Source: Okamejei kenojei (lineage: Eukaryota). From it: a DNA stretch of 64,000 nucleotides. The stretch is taken from positions 3,472,001-3,536,000 of the forward strand of contig CM069160.1 of the NCBI GenBank assembly GCA_035221665.1, written 5' to 3'. Below the pieces are notes generated by a model. That model saw nothing but the letters and a program-made list of their open reading frames with translations, made no database searches and was not told the origin of the DNA. Shown here in pieces: positions 62,200 to 64,000 of this stretch. Position 1 is the first letter of the stretch; every line of letters begins with the position of its first letter. The position numbers and the translations under genes were made by a program.

Positions 62200-62580
62200 G
62201 TTGTGTGCAACGTGAACGCGCATTAATTTTCTCCCACCTCCTTGAAACCTGTATCCTCTCCATCCCCTCGCATTCCCGGTTCGGCGACCAGTCTGGCTGT
62301 CCCCGATTACATCATCTATCTTTGTTTTGTTGTCACCTTCTCCTAACTAACAATGATCTATTCTACATGTCCCTTGAACTTCATCCCCTCTGATGTCTCG
62401 TTCTCACACCTTACACGTCTTTATCTCTGTGTCTCCCTCTCCCCTGACTTTTAGTCTGAAGAATGGTCTCGACCCGAAACGTCACCTATCCCTTCTATCT
62501 AGAGATGTGGCCTTTCCCGCTGAGTCTATAGCATTTTGCGTCTAACTGCTGTGTAAACCAGCATCTGTAGTTGCTTCCTT
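62200..62580 (+). mobile_element. Penelope-like 3' end with hammerhead-like motif at 62453-62487
   Basis: AGT-CTGAAGA-A-TGGTC/TC/GACCC-GAAAC-GTC-ACCT. Confidence 0.7.
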
Positions 62581-63194
62581 CACCTTTCCACCTATATTCC
62601 TTCCACTAACTTCATATTTTACGCGTCCTGTATTCTTAGCCCCTTCTCTCACATTTGTTTTCTCTTTTCATCGCTGGTATTTGTACCTATCCGAAATTCC
62701 TTGTTTCTTCATTTACTCTGGCTGAACAGAAAATACGGCCGTCGCGTCACAGTGACTAACAGTTCTCTACAACCGGTGTCTGTATTATTTACCCTCGTTC
62801 CCTTGTGTTATATTTCTCGGTTTAAATGTACGCTCTCGTGAATTAGAACGATTAACTTTGATTAGTCTTTGCATTGACATCGGGAGAAATTCTGCATTGT
62901 ATTAAAATCACTGCATCTGTAAACCTGCCAGAGTTCTTTCGAATCACATTACAGGTAATCCGTTCTTAGGTGAGGAATGGCTAAATTTCACGTTTAAATC
63001 AGATGTGCGGAAGTGTGTTTTGAACAGGAATAGGTCTGGATGTTGGGGGGAAAGTACTTTCTTGGGGAATAGGTCCATAGATGACCTGTCCGAATTAAAA
63101 AGCCTTCTGATCGAAGTGCACCATCAGTATCTTCCAGTGAAGAGGAGAGATAAGGAGTGCATCTACAGGGTCAATGATTGACGAATTGAGTGGA

Positions 63195-64000
63195 CAATAG
63201 ACAATATACAATAGTCAATATGTGCAAGAGTAGGACATTCTGCCCTTCAAGAGAGCACCTCCATTCAATGTGATCATGGCTGATCATCCACAATCAGTAC
63301 CCCGTTCCTGCCTTCTCCCCATATCCCCTGACTCCGCAATCTTCAAGAGCCCTATCTAGCGCTCTGTAGAAAGTATCCAGGGAGCCGGCCTCCACCGCTC
63401 TCAGAGGCAGAGCATTCCACAGACTCAAAACTCTCCCTGTGAAAACGTGTTTCCTCATCTCCGTTCTAAATGGCTCACTCCTTATTCTTAAACTGAGGCC
63501 TCTGGTTCGTGACTCCCCCAACACCGGGAACACGTTTTATGCCTCTAGCGTGTCCAAACACTTAATAATCTTATATGTTTCAAGAAGTTTCCCTCATCCT
63601 TCTAAATACCAAGGTATTAGCCTAGCCACTACATTCTCTCAGCATATGACAGTCCCGCCACCCCGGGAATGAACGCTGCACTCCCTCAATAGCAAGAATG
63701 TCCCTCCTCAATATTGGAGACCAAATCTACACACAATACTCCAGGTGTCGTCTCACTAGGGCCCTGTACAACTGCAGAAGTACTTCTTTGCTCCTATACT
63801 CAATTCCTCTTGTTATGAAGGCCGACATGCCTTTCGCGTTCTTCACTGCCTGCTGTAGTACCTTCATGCTTAATTAGACTGATGAACAAGGGCCCCCGAG
63901 ATCCCGTTGTTCTTCCCCTTTTCCCAACTTGACACCATTTGGACAATAATCTGCCTTCCTGTTTTGCTACCAAAGTGAATAACCTCACATTTATCCACAT
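63195..64000 (-). mobile_element. CR1 LINE 3' part (continues beyond window)
   Basis: ORF 63294..63533 ending GYGEKAGTGY; (CAATAGA)-like tail. Confidence 0.92.

Noticed and set aside
2518-62487. Recurrent palindromic GGGTCTCGACCC as a possible CRISPR-like repeat
   Set aside because: Dispersed, with no regular spacers, in a eukaryotic context; explained as hammerhead stem II of Penelope termini.

Overview
Repeat-rich vertebrate genomic DNA, most likely a cartilaginous fish (skate/ray-like repeat landscape: CR1 LINEs with short tandem tails, HE1/V-SINE-like SINEs, Penelope remnants, L1, L2, Rex1/Babar and Gypsy fragments), with three N gaps. The host-gene content is a cluster of at least six two-exon class A (rhodopsin-family) GPCR loci resembling GPR139/GPR142. 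Each has a ~70-nt coding exon 1 ending in G-[IV]-P, a phase-1 intron, and a ~900-nt exon 2 carrying DRF/DRY and NTxIY motifs. They fall into two subfamilies: A (+ strand, ~7.8-11.3 kb and ~18.9-22.6 kb) and B (- strand at 43.8-44.1 kb truncated, 46.1-48.7 kb and 52.6-55.3 kb; + strand exon 1 at 59.0 kb). All full-length exon 2 copies are frameshifted as assembled, mostly by 1-nt indels that may be sequencing errors. A TATA-like element sits ~65-75 bp upstream of each ATG. Also present are an orphan TRIM coiled-coil exon and about a dozen dispersed minimal hammerhead-ribozyme-like motifs from Penelope termini. Everything was read by eye without database searches, so boundaries are approximate unless splice sites or TSDs are cited.
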